64,000 nt of DNA from Occultella glacieicola (GCF_004353825.1 NZ_SMNA01000003.1:372001-436000); one strand, 5' to 3'. Counted from the first letter of the stretch, positions 20,660 to 31,352 are shown. A program made the numbers and translations. Notes: generated by a model not told the origin, from the letters alone.

Positions 20660-22144
20660 CTAGGACCTCGAGCTCCCATGGCTCGAGCCGACCACGTCCC
20701 CGGCCTTCCAGTCGGCCCAGCCGGGCTGATCGGCCATGAACGCCTCGACCTCCTCCTTGGACGCTGCGAGCATCGGGTCGTTCCTGAGGTAGTGCCGCGT
20801 CTCCCGGACGATCAGCCCGCTCAGGACGAGCAGCCCGATGAGGTTCGGCAGTGCCATCAGCCCGTTCATCACGTCGGAGAAGTTCCAGACGACCCCGAGC
20901 TCCACCGTGCAGCCGACGAACACCACGAGCGAGAAGATCACCCGGAACGGCATCACCCCACGACGCCCGAACAGTCGCTCCACGTTGCGCTCGCCGTAGT
21001 AGGACCAGCCCAGGATCGTGGAGAACGCGAACAACGCGAGTCCGACGGTGACGATCCAGTGGCCCCACTGCCCCGGCAGACCGTGGGTGAAGGCCTCGCC
21101 AGTCATGATCGCCGCCGAGATCTGCTCACCGGCGGCGTCCTGCTCGCTCCAGACCCCGGTGGTGATGATCACCAGGCCGGTGCAACTGACCACGATGATC
21201 GTGTCGATGAACGTCTGCGTCATCGACACCAGGCCCTGGCGCACCGGGTGGGTGGTCTTCGCCGCTGCCGCCGCGATCGCCGCCGAACCCATCCCGGACT
21301 CGTTCGAGAAGATGCCGCGGGCGACGCCGTACTGGACCGCGATGATGATGGCGGAGCCGGCGAACCCGCCCACCGCGGAGGTCCCGGTGAACGCGTCGGT
21401 GAAGATCGCCGCGAACGCGGCGGGCAGCGCCTGCACGTTCGCGGCCAGGATGAAGAGCGCGCCCAGCACGTAGAACACGATCATGATCGGCACCAGGGCG
21501 GCGGTCACGCGTCCGATGGACTTGATCCCCCCGACAAGCACGACGAACGTCAGCAAGGTGAGTGCGATCCCGGTCACCACGATCGGCACCCCGAAACTGT
21601 TCTCCAGGTTCGAGGCGACCGAGTTTCCCTGGGTCATGTTCCCGATCCCGAAGCAGGCGATCGTGGCGAACACTGCGAATGTCAGCGCCAGGACCTTGCC
21701 CACCGTGCCCCTGATCGCTCGTTCCAGGTAGTACTGCGGCCCGCCGGACTTCTCACCCGCGGAGTCGGTGGTCCGGAACCGGACCGCGAGGAACGCCTCG
21801 GAGTACTTCGAGGCCATGCCGAGCAGCCCGGTGACCCACATCCAGAACAGCGCGCCCGGTCCGCCGATCCCGATCGCGGTGGCGACCCCGACGATGTTGC
21901 CGGTGCCGACCGTGGCGGCCAACGCCGTCGTGAGGGCCTGGAACTGGGAGATGTCCCCTTCTTCGGCGCCGACGTCCTTGCGACGTAGGATCCCGAGCCG
22001 CAGGGCCGCCCCCAAGGTGCGGAACTGGATGCCGCCGAGCCTGATCGTCAGGTACAGCCCGGTGCCGAGCAGCAGCGGGATGAGCAGGTACGGCCCCCAC
22101 ACCACCGAACCGATCTGCCCGAGTATCTCCTCGAGTCGTGCCAT
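20660..22144 (-). CDS. alanine/glycine:cation symporter (AGCS family)
   Basis: ALAATVGTGNI, GGPGALFWMW, RGIFSNESGMGS; alternative ATG at 22150. Confidence 0.93.
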   Translation of the reverse strand: MARLEEILGQIGSVVWGPYLLIPLLLGTGLYLTIRLGGIQFRTLGAALRLGILRRKDVGAEEGDISQFQALTTALAATVGTGNIVGVATAIGIGGPGALFWMWVTGLLGMASKYSEAFLAVRFRTTDSAGEKSGGPQYYLERAIRGTVGKVLALTFAVFATIACFGIGNMTQGNSVASNLENSFGVPIVVTGIALTLLTFVVLVGGIKSIGRVTAALVPIMIVFYVLGALFILAANVQALPAAFAAIFTDAFTGTSAVGGFAGSAIIIAVQYGVARGIFSNESGMGSAAIAAAAAKTTHPVRQGLVSMTQTFIDTIIVVSCTGLVIITTGVWSEQDAAGEQISAAIMTGEAFTHGLPGQWGHWIVTVGLALFAFSTILGWSYYGERNVERLFGRRGVMPFRVIFSLVVFVGCTVELGVVWNFSDVMNGLMALPNLIGLLVLSGLIVRETRHYLRNDPMLAASKEEVEAFMADQPGWADWKAGDVVGSSHGSSRS

Positions 22145-22276
22145 CGCCATTCCCCCGTCGTTCGTCTGTGCCCGGGATGTGCCAACCCGCGCAGGTCATT
22201 GCCCGGAGAGCGTGCCATCCCGGTGTTTCGCCTAGGTGACCCGCGGGTCGGGTGGCGTGGCCCGCGGGCCCGATGC

Positions 22277-22423
22277 TCAGGTGGAGGGCGGGTACTCCTG
22301 CTGCCCGTCCTCGACCACATCGAACTCCTCGGGGTGCTTGCGCAGGTGCAGCAGCGCCACCACCAGGCCGCCCCAGACCAGGAGCAGTGCCACCACCAGC
22401 ATCACGATCGCCTGAGCGCTCAT
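22277..22423 (-). CDS. small membrane subunit of a methionine/alanine NSS importer (48 aa, absent from ORF track)
   Basis: MSAQAIVMLVVALLLVWGGLVVALLHLRKHPEE...; WGG motif; ATGA overlap with the NSS transporter stop; GGAGG RBS. Confidence 0.85.
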   Translation of the reverse strand: MSAQAIVMLVVALLLVWGGLVVALLHLRKHPEEFDVVEDGQQEYPPST

Positions 22424-23943
22424 CGCGACTCACCTCCCTCGACGAGCAACGAGTCGCCGTCGACCACCCCGCGTCGCCACGGGATGAAACTGATCAGCAC
22501 GGCAACCACGACCAGACCGATCGCGACCCCCCAGCCGTACACGCCGACGTATCCGGACGGCATCGCGCCGTAGCCCTCCTGGATCCTCGTGATCACCTCG
22601 CTGACGAACATGTAGCCGAGCACGAGCGGGGTGATGACCCCGAGGAGGACGAACCAGGTGCGACCAATCTTGAACGAGGACACCGAGTTGACGTGCTCGG
22701 CCAGTTCGGGGAACTTGCGCAACCCCCATCCGATCACGATCACACTCGCGAGTGCGGCACCGACGATCCCGAAGTTGTTCGCGAAGTTGTCCACCACGTC
22801 CAGCAGGTTCAGCCCGGTGGTGGTGGGGAACAGCGCGACCGAGACCACGGCCATCAGGCCACCGGCGATCAGCACGGACTTCGTCCGGCTCCAGCCGAGC
22901 TTGTCCTCCACGCCCGCGAGGACCACCTGCACGATCGACACCAGCGAGGTGATGCCGGCGAGAACCAGCGAGAGGAAGAACAACACCCCGAACAGGCTGC
23001 CACCGGGCATCGTGGAGATGATCGCCGGAAACGCGATGAACGCGAGCCCGATCCCGGACTCGGCCACGTCGGCGACCCCGACTCCGCTGGCCTGTGCCAT
23101 GAACCCGAGCGCGGCGAAGACCCCGATGCCGGCGAGGATCTCGAAGCCGGAGTTGGAGAACGCCACCACCAGGCCGGATCCGGTCAGGTTTGACCGGCGC
23201 TTGAGGTAGGAGGCGTAGGTGATCATGATCCCGAAGCCCACCGACAGCGAGAAGAAGATCTGCCCGTACGCAGCGATCCACACGCCTGGGTTCGCCAACG
23301 CATCCCAGTTCGGCGTGAACAGGGCGTCCAGACCGAGTGTCGCGCCAGGCTGGCGCAGCCCCTGGATCACCATGACCACGAAGATGACGACCAGCACCGG
23401 GATGAAGATGGCCGACAGCCGGGCGATGCCGCCCTGGACGCCGAGCCGGTGCACCACCAGGGTGAACAGCCAGATGATGATCAACGGGATCCCGACCGCC
23501 GGTACCCAGGAACCGCCGAGGGTGAACTCCCCGCTCTGCTGCAGGAAGTCGCCGCCGAAGAACCCGCCCGGGTCATCCCCCCAGGCCTGGTTGATCGAGA
23601 AGCCGGTATAGCGGACCGCCCAGGCGATCACGACCGCGTAGTAGACCGCGATCACGAAGCAGATCCCCACCTGCCACCAGCCGATGGACTCAGCCGCCCC
23701 GCCGAGCCGGCGGTAGGCCAGCGGGGACGACGCCCGGAACTTGTGACCGATCGCGTAGTCCAGGAACAGCAGTGGGATGCCCGCCGTGAGCAGCGCCACC
23801 AGGTACGGGATGATGAAGGCGCCGCCGCCGTTCTCGTAGGCGACGTATGGGAACCGCCAGATGTTTCCCAGCCCGACCGCGGACCCGACGGCCGCGAAGA
23901 TGAACGCGCGGCGCCCCTTGAACTGTTCTCGTTCCTCTGCCAC
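22420..23943 (-). CDS. sodium-dependent NSS/SNF-family amino-acid transporter (MetP-like)
   Basis: GSAVGLGNIWRFPY, GGGAFIIPY, GQIFFSLSVGFG, GLAFIAFP. Confidence 0.93.
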   Translation of the reverse strand: MAEEREQFKGRRAFIFAAVGSAVGLGNIWRFPYVAYENGGGAFIIPYLVALLTAGIPLLFLDYAIGHKFRASSPLAYRRLGGAAESIGWWQVGICFVIAVYYAVVIAWAVRYTGFSINQAWGDDPGGFFGGDFLQQSGEFTLGGSWVPAVGIPLIIIWLFTLVVHRLGVQGGIARLSAIFIPVLVVIFVVMVIQGLRQPGATLGLDALFTPNWDALANPGVWIAAYGQIFFSLSVGFGIMITYASYLKRRSNLTGSGLVVAFSNSGFEILAGIGVFAALGFMAQASGVGVADVAESGIGLAFIAFPAIISTMPGGSLFGVLFFLSLVLAGITSLVSIVQVVLAGVEDKLGWSRTKSVLIAGGLMAVVSVALFPTTTGLNLLDVVDNFANNFGIVGAALASVIVIGWGLRKFPELAEHVNSVSSFKIGRTWFVLLGVITPLVLGYMFVSEVITRIQEGYGAMPSGYVGVYGWGVAIGLVVVAVLISFIPWRRGVVDGDSLLVEGGESR

Positions 23944-23994
23944 GTCATGCTCCCTTGCACTCGATGGGACTACTGCCGGATCGTCGACCCGCCG

Positions 23995-24846
23995 TCAGCC
24001 CGCCGGATCGATCCGTCCCGCGTCGGCGTCCGGTGCGTCAGCCTGCTCGTGAACGACCGCGACGCTGCCCGTGACGGTACTCACCTTGACGAAGCTTGTC
24101 CCGGCGCCGCGCGGCTCGGACACCGATGTCGACGACGGTCCGCTTCCGCCGCGACGGTTCACCCCGTCAACGGTGACCGCCCCGCTCACGCTGTGCACGC
24201 TCAGGTCCAGGCCCACCTCGAGTGGCAGGGTCACGCTGATGTCCGCGGCGACTCCGGTCACCGAGACCACGGACGACGGCGTCGTCGGGGACACGGCCAC
24301 GTCGCCGGAGACCGTGGTCACGGACAGGCGGGGCACGGCCCCGCCGACGTACGTGGTGCCGGTCGCGGTGACGACGTTCGCCGGGCCGGTGTGCTCCCGC
24401 ACCACGATCGGTCCGGACGCGGTCCGCACCGTCACCGAGCCGGTGGTGCGTTCGGTGCGGACGGCCCCGGTGGCGGTCGTGACCGTGAGGTCCTCGACCA
24501 CGTCCGACACGGAGACGGCAGCGCCGACCGTGGCGGCTGTGACGGCGACCCCGGGGCCCGCCGCGACCCGGATCCGGGCCCGGTCGTCGGCGTTGAAGCT
24601 CGTGAGCCGCTTCAGCCATCCCTCCCAGCCGATCGAGGGGTAGCCGATGGTGAGCCGACCGCCGTCGGTGGCCACCTCGAGGGGTGCGCCGTCGACCTCG
24701 TCGATGTCGATGTGCAGCCCGGGCTCGTCGCGCCGGGTGACCTCCACCGAGCCCTTGATCAGCTGGACGCGCAGTTCGGGCACCGCGTCGACCGCGCCGA
24801 TCTCGACCTGGTCCGGTCCGGTGATGATCCGGCTTGTTGCTGCCAT
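23995..24846 (-). CDS. DUF4097-like beta-strand repeat protein
   Basis: recurring (T/S)xSGx(V/I)xV units; GAGGAG RBS before ATG 24846. Confidence 0.75.
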   Translation of the reverse strand: MAATSRIITGPDQVEIGAVDAVPELRVQLIKGSVEVTRRDEPGLHIDIDEVDGAPLEVATDGGRLTIGYPSIGWEGWLKRLTSFNADDRARIRVAAGPGVAVTAATVGAAVSVSDVVEDLTVTTATGAVRTERTTGSVTVRTASGPIVVREHTGPANVVTATGTTYVGGAVPRLSVTTVSGDVAVSPTTPSSVVSVTGVAADISVTLPLEVGLDLSVHSVSGAVTVDGVNRRGGSGPSSTSVSEPRGAGTSFVKVSTVTGSVAVVHEQADAPDADAGRIDPAG

Positions 24847-24925
24847 GTGCTGAACTCCTCGTGGTCGGTTCGTGCGTTCTCTGGCTGCCGTGGTGTGTGG
24901 TGGTCGTGCCGACGGGTCGGTCGTC

Positions 24926-25909
24926 TCAGCGGGTGAGGACGACCTTGCCGTACGCCGCGCCCGAGGCGAGCCGCTCGAACGCGGTGCGGACCGCCGTCGT
25001 GCCCTCGTCGTCGTCGGTGAACCGGTGGGTCGAGTCGATGACCGGGCGAAGCCCGCCCGCGACCATCGCATCGCGCACGGCCGCGAGCTCGGCGAGCGTG
25101 CCCATCGTCGTGCCGATCACCCGCAGGCTGCGGAAGAACACCCGGTTCAGATCCGCCGACGGCGCCGGGCCGCTGGTGGCGCCGGCAACGGCGATCACGC
25201 CGCCCGGCCGCAGCGAGCGCAGGGAGTGGGCCCAGGTGGCCTCCCCGACCGTCTCGAGGACGGCATCGACCGGGGCGATCCGGGTGCCGGAGGCGACGGC
25301 GTCATGGGCGCCGAGCGCACGGGCTCGCTCGAGCTTGGCCTCGTCGCGGGAGGTGACGGTGACGTGCGCGCCACCGAGGCGAGCGAGCAGGATCGCCGCG
25401 GTCGCGACACCGCCCCCGGCGCCCTGGACGAGCACCCGCTGGCCCGGGGCGACCCCAGCGGCGCCGTAGAGCATCCGGTAGGCGGTGAGGTACGCCGTCG
25501 GCAGGCACGCGGCCTCCGCGAAGCTCCAGCCGGCGGGTTTGTCGATGACGTTGCGGGCCGGGACGTGCACTTGCTCCGCGAGCGTGCCCGGGTGCAGTTC
25601 GGACAGCAGCGTCCGCTTCGGGTCGAGGGTCTCCTCCCCGGTCCAGCCGGGCGAGGCGATCACCGAGTGGACGATGACCTCCCGTCCGTCCACGGTGGCG
25701 CCAGCGGCGTCCGTGCCCAGGATCATCGGGAGCCGGTCCGCGGGCAGGCCCACCCCGCGCAGGCTCCATAGGTCGTGGTGGTTCAGGGACGCGGCACGGA
25801 CCTGGACCCGGACCCAGCCGTCGGGCGTCTCGGGCTCGGGGAGGTCCCCGACCTCGAGCCCGCTCAGCGGGTCGTCGGGGTCCTGGCGGGCGGCGTAGGC
25901 GCAGCGCAT
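24926..25909 (-). CDS. MDR-family (zinc-binding/quinone) oxidoreductase
   Basis: ASLNHHDLW, ILGTDAAG, LVQGAGGGVA, YGKVVL. Confidence 0.88.
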   Translation of the reverse strand: MRCAYAARQDPDDPLSGLEVGDLPEPETPDGWVRVQVRAASLNHHDLWSLRGVGLPADRLPMILGTDAAGATVDGREVIVHSVIASPGWTGEETLDPKRTLLSELHPGTLAEQVHVPARNVIDKPAGWSFAEAACLPTAYLTAYRMLYGAAGVAPGQRVLVQGAGGGVATAAILLARLGGAHVTVTSRDEAKLERARALGAHDAVASGTRIAPVDAVLETVGEATWAHSLRSLRPGGVIAVAGATSGPAPSADLNRVFFRSLRVIGTTMGTLAELAAVRDAMVAGGLRPVIDSTHRFTDDDEGTTAVRTAFERLASGAAYGKVVLTR

Positions 25910-25955
25910 CGGTTCACCCTAGGACACACGTGCCGCACGCCACCATCGGGACGTC

Positions 25956-26693
25956 TCAGGCCTCGAACCAGCCGCGCGGCCGGTTGGCCACCTCGGGCGG
26001 GTCGACCGCGGGGCCCGGGGCCGCCCAGCCGACCGCATTCGCCAGCACCCGGCGCACGTGCGGGTGGTGGTAGACCGGGTACTCCTGGTCCCCGGGGCTG
26101 AAGTAGAAGACCCGGCCGTTGCCGCGGCGGAACGTGCACCCGCTGCGGAACACCTCGCCGCCGGTGAAGGAGCTGATGAAGACGAGTTCCTCGGGGGCCG
26201 GGATGTCGAAGTACTCCGAGTACATCTCCTGCTCGGGGATGTCGATCGGGTTCGGCACCCCGGCCGTGATCGGGTGCCCCGGGGCGACGGTCCAGACCAG
26301 CTCCCGGTCGGCGTCGTTGCGCCAGCCGAGCGAGCAGGTCGAGCCCATCAGACTGATGAAGATCTTCGAGAAGTGGGCCGAGTGCAGCACCAGCAGCCCC
26401 ATGCCGGCGAGCACCCGCTCGCGCACCCGCGCCACGACGTCGTCGCTGACCGCCTCGTGCGCCGCGTGCCCCCACCAGGTGAGCACGTCCGTCTGCGCGA
26501 GCACGTCCGCGGTGAGTCCGTGCTCGGGCTGGTCGAGCGTGGCGGTGCGGACCCGGACGCCGTCGCCGAGGTGCTCACGGATCCCCTCGGCGATCGTGGT
26601 GTGCATGCCGTCGGGGTAGATCGCTCGCACGGAGTCGTCGCGGTGCTCGTGGACGTTCTCGCCCCACACGGTGACACGTATCGGCTGGGTCAT
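25956..26693 (-). CDS. thuA: ThuA (trehalose utilization) family protein
   Basis: [38 protein letters not shown]. Confidence 0.85.
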   Translation of the reverse strand: MTQPIRVTVWGENVHEHRDDSVRAIYPDGMHTTIAEGIREHLGDGVRVRTATLDQPEHGLTADVLAQTDVLTWWGHAAHEAVSDDVVARVRERVLAGMGLLVLHSAHFSKIFISLMGSTCSLGWRNDADRELVWTVAPGHPITAGVPNPIDIPEQEMYSEYFDIPAPEELVFISSFTGGEVFRSGCTFRRGNGRVFYFSPGDQEYPVYHHPHVRRVLANAVGWAAPGPAVDPPEVANRPRGWFEA

Positions 26694-26791
26694 CGGATCT
26701 CCAGGTTCTCAGGTGGTCGGTCGGGTCGGACAGAGCCGGCTCGGGCCACTCGCGGGCGGCCCGTCGAGGTCGGTCGGTCGGTTCGTCGAGG

Positions 26792-27886
26792 TCAGTCGGA
26801 CTCGACGGCCACCTCGCGCCCCTCCAGGGCGGAGCGGTAGCAGGCGTCGATGATGCGGGCACGGGTGAGGGCGTCCCGACCGACGTGGGCGGACCAGTCG
26901 CCGCCGCGGACCGCGTCGACGAACTCCCGCACGACGGCGAGGTGTCCCTCCCCCTTGGTGACGGCGGGTCGCACCTCGGCGGGTACGCCCGCCACGTCGG
27001 TGTAGATCCGCAGCGTGTCGGTGTGGGTGTAGTTCTCGACGTCGACGAGGGCGCCGCCCTCGCTGCCGAACAGCTCCACGCCGAAGTTGTCCCCGGGCCG
27101 GCGGTAGCTGGCCCAGCTGGTCTCCAGCAGCAGGGTGCCGCCCCCGTCCAGCCGCAGGAACGCCGTCGCCAGGTCCTCCACGCCGTACGCGTCGGCGACC
27201 TGCGTCTTGCCGACGTCCACCCGGCCACCGAGTCCGCGCGGGCCGAGCTCGGCGAATGTGGACGCGGAGACGCTGAGCACCCGCGGCTCGCCGAGCAGGA
27301 ACAGGGCCATGTCCAGCATGTGCACGCCGAGGTCGATCAGCGGTCCGCCACCGGCCATGTCGGCGTCGGTGAACCAGCTGCCCATCCCGGGGATCCCGTT
27401 GCGGCGGCGCCAGTGGGCCTTCGCGTAGTAGATCCGACCGAGCGCGCCCGCGTCGATCTGGTGCTTGAGCACGTCCACGTCGCCGCGGCGCCGGTGGTTG
27501 AATGCGATGTGCAGGACGCGGCCGGCGGCCACCGCGGCCTCCACCATCCGCTTGCCTTCCTCGGCGGTGCGGGCGAGGGGCTTCTCGCAGAGCACGTGGG
27601 CACCCGAGGCGAGGGCGGCCACGGTGACCGGCTCGTGCAGGTAGGTCGGGGTGCCCACGCTCACGATGTCGAGGTCGTCCCGGGCGACGAGGTCCTCCCA
27701 CCGCTCGTACCGGTGCTCGACCCCGTGACTGTCCGCGAGTTCGTGCAGGCGCTCGGTCTCGAGCCCGGCGAGCGCGACCACCTCCACGCCGGGGATCTGC
27801 TGGTACGCGGCCAGGTGCGTCGAGCCGGCGAAGCCGAGTCCGACCACCCCCACCCGCAGTGGTGACGGTTCCTGAGACAGTGACAT
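26792..27886 (-). CDS. Gfo/Idh/MocA family oxidoreductase
   Basis: GLGFAG, HVLCEKP, GGGPLIDLGVHMLD; GAAGG RBS before ATG 27886. Confidence 0.92.
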   Translation of the reverse strand: MSLSQEPSPLRVGVVGLGFAGSTHLAAYQQIPGVEVVALAGLETERLHELADSHGVEHRYERWEDLVARDDLDIVSVGTPTYLHEPVTVAALASGAHVLCEKPLARTAEEGKRMVEAAVAAGRVLHIAFNHRRRGDVDVLKHQIDAGALGRIYYAKAHWRRRNGIPGMGSWFTDADMAGGGPLIDLGVHMLDMALFLLGEPRVLSVSASTFAELGPRGLGGRVDVGKTQVADAYGVEDLATAFLRLDGGGTLLLETSWASYRRPGDNFGVELFGSEGGALVDVENYTHTDTLRIYTDVAGVPAEVRPAVTKGEGHLAVVREFVDAVRGGDWSAHVGRDALTRARIIDACYRSALEGREVAVESD

Positions 27887-28105
27887 GTCGCCTTCGTGAG
27901 ATCGGGATCTGGAGCACGGGCCGGGCGCCACCATAGCCGCCCCGGCCGGATGGGGCGACCACCCGCCCTCGGCACGTCGAGCAGCGGGCGAGCTGACGCC
28001 GTCGGGCCCGAGGTACGTCAGCCGCACCGGTGCGCATGTGGGACCATGGACGGCGGACATTGGCATTCGCCGCAGTCGGTCACAGTCGGTATCGAGGAGA
28101 CAGTC

Positions 28106-28180
28106 ATGAGCAAGCGCGGTCGCAAGCGCAAGGCCCGTCGGGGCAGCGCCGCCAACCACGGCAAGCGTCCCAACGCCTGA
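28106..28180 (+). CDS. 50S ribosomal protein bL37 (24 aa, actinobacterial)
   Basis: MSKRGRKRKARRGSAANHGKRPNA with GAGGAG RBS; convergent with rsrA. Confidence 0.93.
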   Translation: MSKRGRKRKARRGSAANHGKRPNA

Positions 28181-28195
28181 GCGTCGGGTAGCCCG

Positions 28196-28235
28196 AGCGC
28201 CGAGCGACACCTGAGGGTGTCCTCGGCGCTTTCTG
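28196..28235 (+). terminator. intrinsic terminator-like hairpin after bL37
   Basis: AGCGCCGAG..GACACC/GGTGTC..CTCGGCGCT followed by TTCT. Confidence 0.65.
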
Positions 28236-28338
28236 CGTCATGGCCCGTCGCGGCCAGTCAGTCGCGTCGGCCTCGAGACCGACCCTGGCAACCGGCGGGT
28301 TCGAGGCGTCGCCGACGACCTCGGCCCCCCGCGGCGGG

Positions 28339-28617
28339 TCAGTCCGTGGTGGTGATCGTGGTGGTACGCAGCAGGGAGAGCTGCGTCATCACCCGCATCC
28401 GGAGCGCGTCCGGCGCCACCTCGGCGCACGAGCGCTTGAGCACCACGCGCAGCTCGGTCTCGGCGCTGACCGCCTGCAGGCAGGTCACGCACTCCTCGAT
28501 GTGGGCCCGCAGCCGGACCAGATCCAGGTCCGGCAACTCGGAATCCACGTACTCGTACAGGTGCTCCAGTGCCTCTTCGCACCGGCACTCACCCGTGTTC
28601 GGGCGGTCCTCGCTCAT
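28339..28617 (-). CDS. rsrA: zinc-binding anti-sigma factor RsrA/RshA
   Basis: [21 protein letters not shown] (HxxxCxxC), KRSC..AP.ALR; ATGA overlap with the sigma gene. Confidence 0.92.
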   Translation of the reverse strand: MSEDRPNTGECRCEEALEHLYEYVDSELPDLDLVRLRAHIEECVTCLQAVSAETELRVVLKRSCAEVAPDALRMRVMTQLSLLRTTTITTTD

Positions 28618-29219
28618 ACCTTCTCCACCTTCATTCCCAGCGACCGCGCGTGGTCGGCGAGCAACTTGCGCAGTTGGGCGCGGCCGCGGTGCAGCCGTGA
28701 CATGACGGTCCCGATCGGCGTGTCCATGATCTCGGCGATCTCCTTGTACGCGAAGCCCTCCACGTCGGCCAGGTACACGGCCAGACGGAAGTCCTCCGGC
28801 AACTCGGCGAGCGCGTCCTTGATCTCGGAGTCGCCGAGGGAGTCCAGCGCCTCGGCCTCGGCCGAGCGCAGCCCGGTCGAGGTGTGCGAGGCCGCCCGGG
28901 CGATCTGCCAGTCCTCGACGGAGTCGGCGTCCGACTGCAGGGGTTCGCGCTGCTTCTTGCGGTAGGTGTTGATGAACGTGTTCGTCAGGATCCGGTACAG
29001 CCAGGCCTTCAGATTCGTGCCCGGCCGGTACTGGTGGAACGCGGCGTACGCCTTCGCGAACGTCTCCTGGACCAGATCCTCGGCGTCCGCCGGGTTGCGG
29101 GTCATCCGCAGGGCCGCGCCGTAGAGCTGGTCGAGGTAGGGCATCGCCTCGTCCTCGAACCGTCGGTCCCGGGCGGCGTCGTCCTCGTGCTCGGGCGCCC
29201 GGTCGGTGTTCTCTGTCAT
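28614..29219 (-). CDS. sigR: thiol-stress ECF sigma factor SigR/SigH
   Basis: [54 protein letters not shown]; possible longer isoform from GTG 29360. Confidence 0.93.
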   Translation of the reverse strand: MTENTDRAPEHEDDAARDRRFEDEAMPYLDQLYGAALRMTRNPADAEDLVQETFAKAYAAFHQYRPGTNLKAWLYRILTNTFINTYRKKQREPLQSDADSVEDWQIARAASHTSTGLRSAEAEALDSLGDSEIKDALAELPEDFRLAVYLADVEGFAYKEIAEIMDTPIGTVMSRLHRGRAQLRKLLADHARSLGMKVEKV

Positions 29220-29368
29220 CGGGGTCGAGCCTAGTCGCCCCACGGGCCGTCGCAGCCCGGCCCGACGGGCCACCGCGGGACCACTCGGGGACGGCCGCGT
29301 CGACACGGCCGTCCGAGGACACGGGGCAGTGGCTCGGTGCTCGGTCAACTCGGCATTCACACGCTCCT

Positions 29369-29395
29369 CAACCACGCCGGGCCGTCCGTCATTCC
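29369..29395 (-). promoter_or_regulatory. SigR/SigH-dependent autoregulatory promoter
   Basis: GGAAT-N18-GTTG on the minus strand upstream of the sigma gene. Confidence 0.85.
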
Positions 29396-29445
29396 AGTAG
29401 GTCCCTCCACTAGCACTCGCGGGGCATCTGCGGTAGTCATGGACC

Positions 29446-30000
29446 ATGAATCCTCTGCGCCTGCTCGCCCGTCCGCTCCTTGCCTCCGTGTTCATCGTGG
29501 ACGGCCTGGACTCCATCCGGAACGCGGACAAGCACGCCGAGAAGCTTGCGCCCTATGACAAGCCGATCCAGGCCCTCGGGGAGAAGGTCCCGCAGCTCCC
29601 CACCGACGCCAGGACGCTGTCCAGGATCACCGGTGCGGTGACCGTCGGGGCCGGGGTGCTGCTGGCCACGGGGAAGGCGCCCCGGCTGGCGTCGGCCGTG
29701 CTCGCGGCGGTCACGGTACCGGTCACGGTGGTGCGCTACCCGTTCTGGAGTGCCAAGGGTGAGCAGCGCCGGGCCGACACGAGCAACTTCCTGCGCAACC
29801 TCGCCCTGGTCGGTGGGCTGCTGATCGCGGCCGAGGACCGGGTCGGCAAGCCGTCGCTGGGCTGGCAGTGGCGCAACTGGCGCGAGCACCGCAGCGACCT
29901 CGCGGACGTGAAGGCGGACCTCACCAGGGCGAATGTGAAGGCCATGAAGTCCGGCGTGAAGGCGACGACGGCGGACCTGCGCGCCAAGATCGCGTCCTGA
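29446..30000 (+). CDS. DoxX family membrane protein
   Basis: [38 protein letters not shown]. Confidence 0.85.
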   Translation: MNPLRLLARPLLASVFIVDGLDSIRNADKHAEKLAPYDKPIQALGEKVPQLPTDARTLSRITGAVTVGAGVLLATGKAPRLASAVLAAVTVPVTVVRYPFWSAKGEQRRADTSNFLRNLALVGGLLIAAEDRVGKPSLGWQWRNWREHRSDLADVKADLTRANVKAMKSGVKATTADLRAKIAS

Positions 30001-30022
30001 CTCCCCCGGTAGGCTGGGCCGC

Positions 30023-31345
30023 GTGCCGTCCCTCACCGCCACCTGGCCCGCCCCGCTCGCCTCGCGACCGCTCGATGCCACGGTGGTGGTGCCGGGCTCG
30101 AAGTCACTGACCAACCGGGCCCTCCCGCTCGCGGCGCTCGCGAGCGAGCCGACGCGGATCACCGGAGCTCTGGTGTCCCGGGACGCCGACCTGATGATCG
30201 GTGCCCTGCGCGCGCTCGGCGTCGGCATCGAGGCGTCCGACGGCGGAACGACCCTGGTCGTGGTGCCTGGCCCGCTGCGCGGGCCGGCCGAGGTCGACTG
30301 CGGCCTGGCCGGAACCGTGATGCGGTTCATCCCGCCGCTCGCCGCACTCGCCGACGGGCCGGTGCGCCTCGACGGCGATGCCGGGGCCCGGCTCCGTCCG
30401 ATGGGCCCGGTGCTGCGCGGGCTGGCCGGCCTCGGGGTCTCGGTCACCGGCGAGGATCCCGCGACCGGCGCCCCGGCCGACGAGCCCTTGTACCTGCCGC
30501 TGACGGTGCACGGGACCGGCCGGGTCCTCGGCGGGGAGGTCGAGATCGACGCGTCGTCCTCCTCCCAGTTCGTCTCCGCGCTGCTGCTGGCCGCGCCCCG
30601 GTTCGAGGCGGGTCTCACGCTGCACCACGTGGGCGAGGTGCTCCCCAGTCAGCCGCACATCGACATGACGATCGCGGCCCTGCGCGAACGTGGGGTCACG
30701 GTCGACGACGCGGCGCCCGGCAAGTGGCGCGTGGAACCGGGGCCGATCTCCGGCGGTGACGTCACGATCGAGCCGGACCTGTCCAACGCGGGCCCGTTCC
30801 TGGCCGCCGCGCTGGCCGTGGGCGGCAGCGTACGGGTGCCGAACTGGCCCGCCTCGACCACCCAGCCCGGTGCTCTCCTGCCCGGCCTGCTTGAGCGGCT
30901 CGGGGCGACGACCACGCTCGTCGACGGGGTGCTCACGGTGACCGGCACCGGCTCGGTGCGACCGGTCGACGTGGACCTGAGCGCCGCAGGCGAGCTCGCT
31001 CCGACGATCGCTGCCCTGACCGCCCTGGCCGACGGCGAGTCCCGGCTTCGCGGGATCGCGCACCTGCGCGGGCACGAGACCGACCGGCTGGCCGCCCTGG
31101 TCACCGAGATCCGGCGGCTCGGCGGGTCCGCCGAGGAGACCGCGGACGGACTGATCATCCACGGTGGTGGTCTGCACGGCGCCGAGGTGGAGACCTACCA
31201 CGACCACCGGATGGCGACGTTCGCCGCCGTGGTGGGGGCCGCCGTCGACGGCGTGCGGATCGTGGACGTGGCCACCACGGCGAAGACGCTGCCGGACTTC
31301 ACCACCATGTGGCTGGACATGCTCGGGCCGACGGGCGGGGCGTAG
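30023..31345 (+). CDS. aroA: EPSP synthase
   Basis: PGSKSLTNR, DCGLAGTVMRF, SSQFVSALL, HETDRL, DHRMA. Confidence 0.97.
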   Translation: MPSLTATWPAPLASRPLDATVVVPGSKSLTNRALPLAALASEPTRITGALVSRDADLMIGALRALGVGIEASDGGTTLVVVPGPLRGPAEVDCGLAGTVMRFIPPLAALADGPVRLDGDAGARLRPMGPVLRGLAGLGVSVTGEDPATGAPADEPLYLPLTVHGTGRVLGGEVEIDASSSSQFVSALLLAAPRFEAGLTLHHVGEVLPSQPHIDMTIAALRERGVTVDDAAPGKWRVEPGPISGGDVTIEPDLSNAGPFLAAALAVGGSVRVPNWPASTTQPGALLPGLLERLGATTTLVDGVLTVTGTGSVRPVDVDLSAAGELAPTIAALTALADGESRLRGIAHLRGHETDRLAALVTEIRRLGGSAEETADGLIIHGGGLHGAEVETYHDHRMATFAAVVGAAVDGVRIVDVATTAKTLPDFTTMWLDMLGPTGGA

Positions 31346-31352
31346 TCCGGAC

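Noticed and set aside
26709..26791. GGTC/GTCG-rich low-complexity spacer between the oxidoreductase and thuA
   Set aside because: Irregular short repeats with no consistent unit or strong stem
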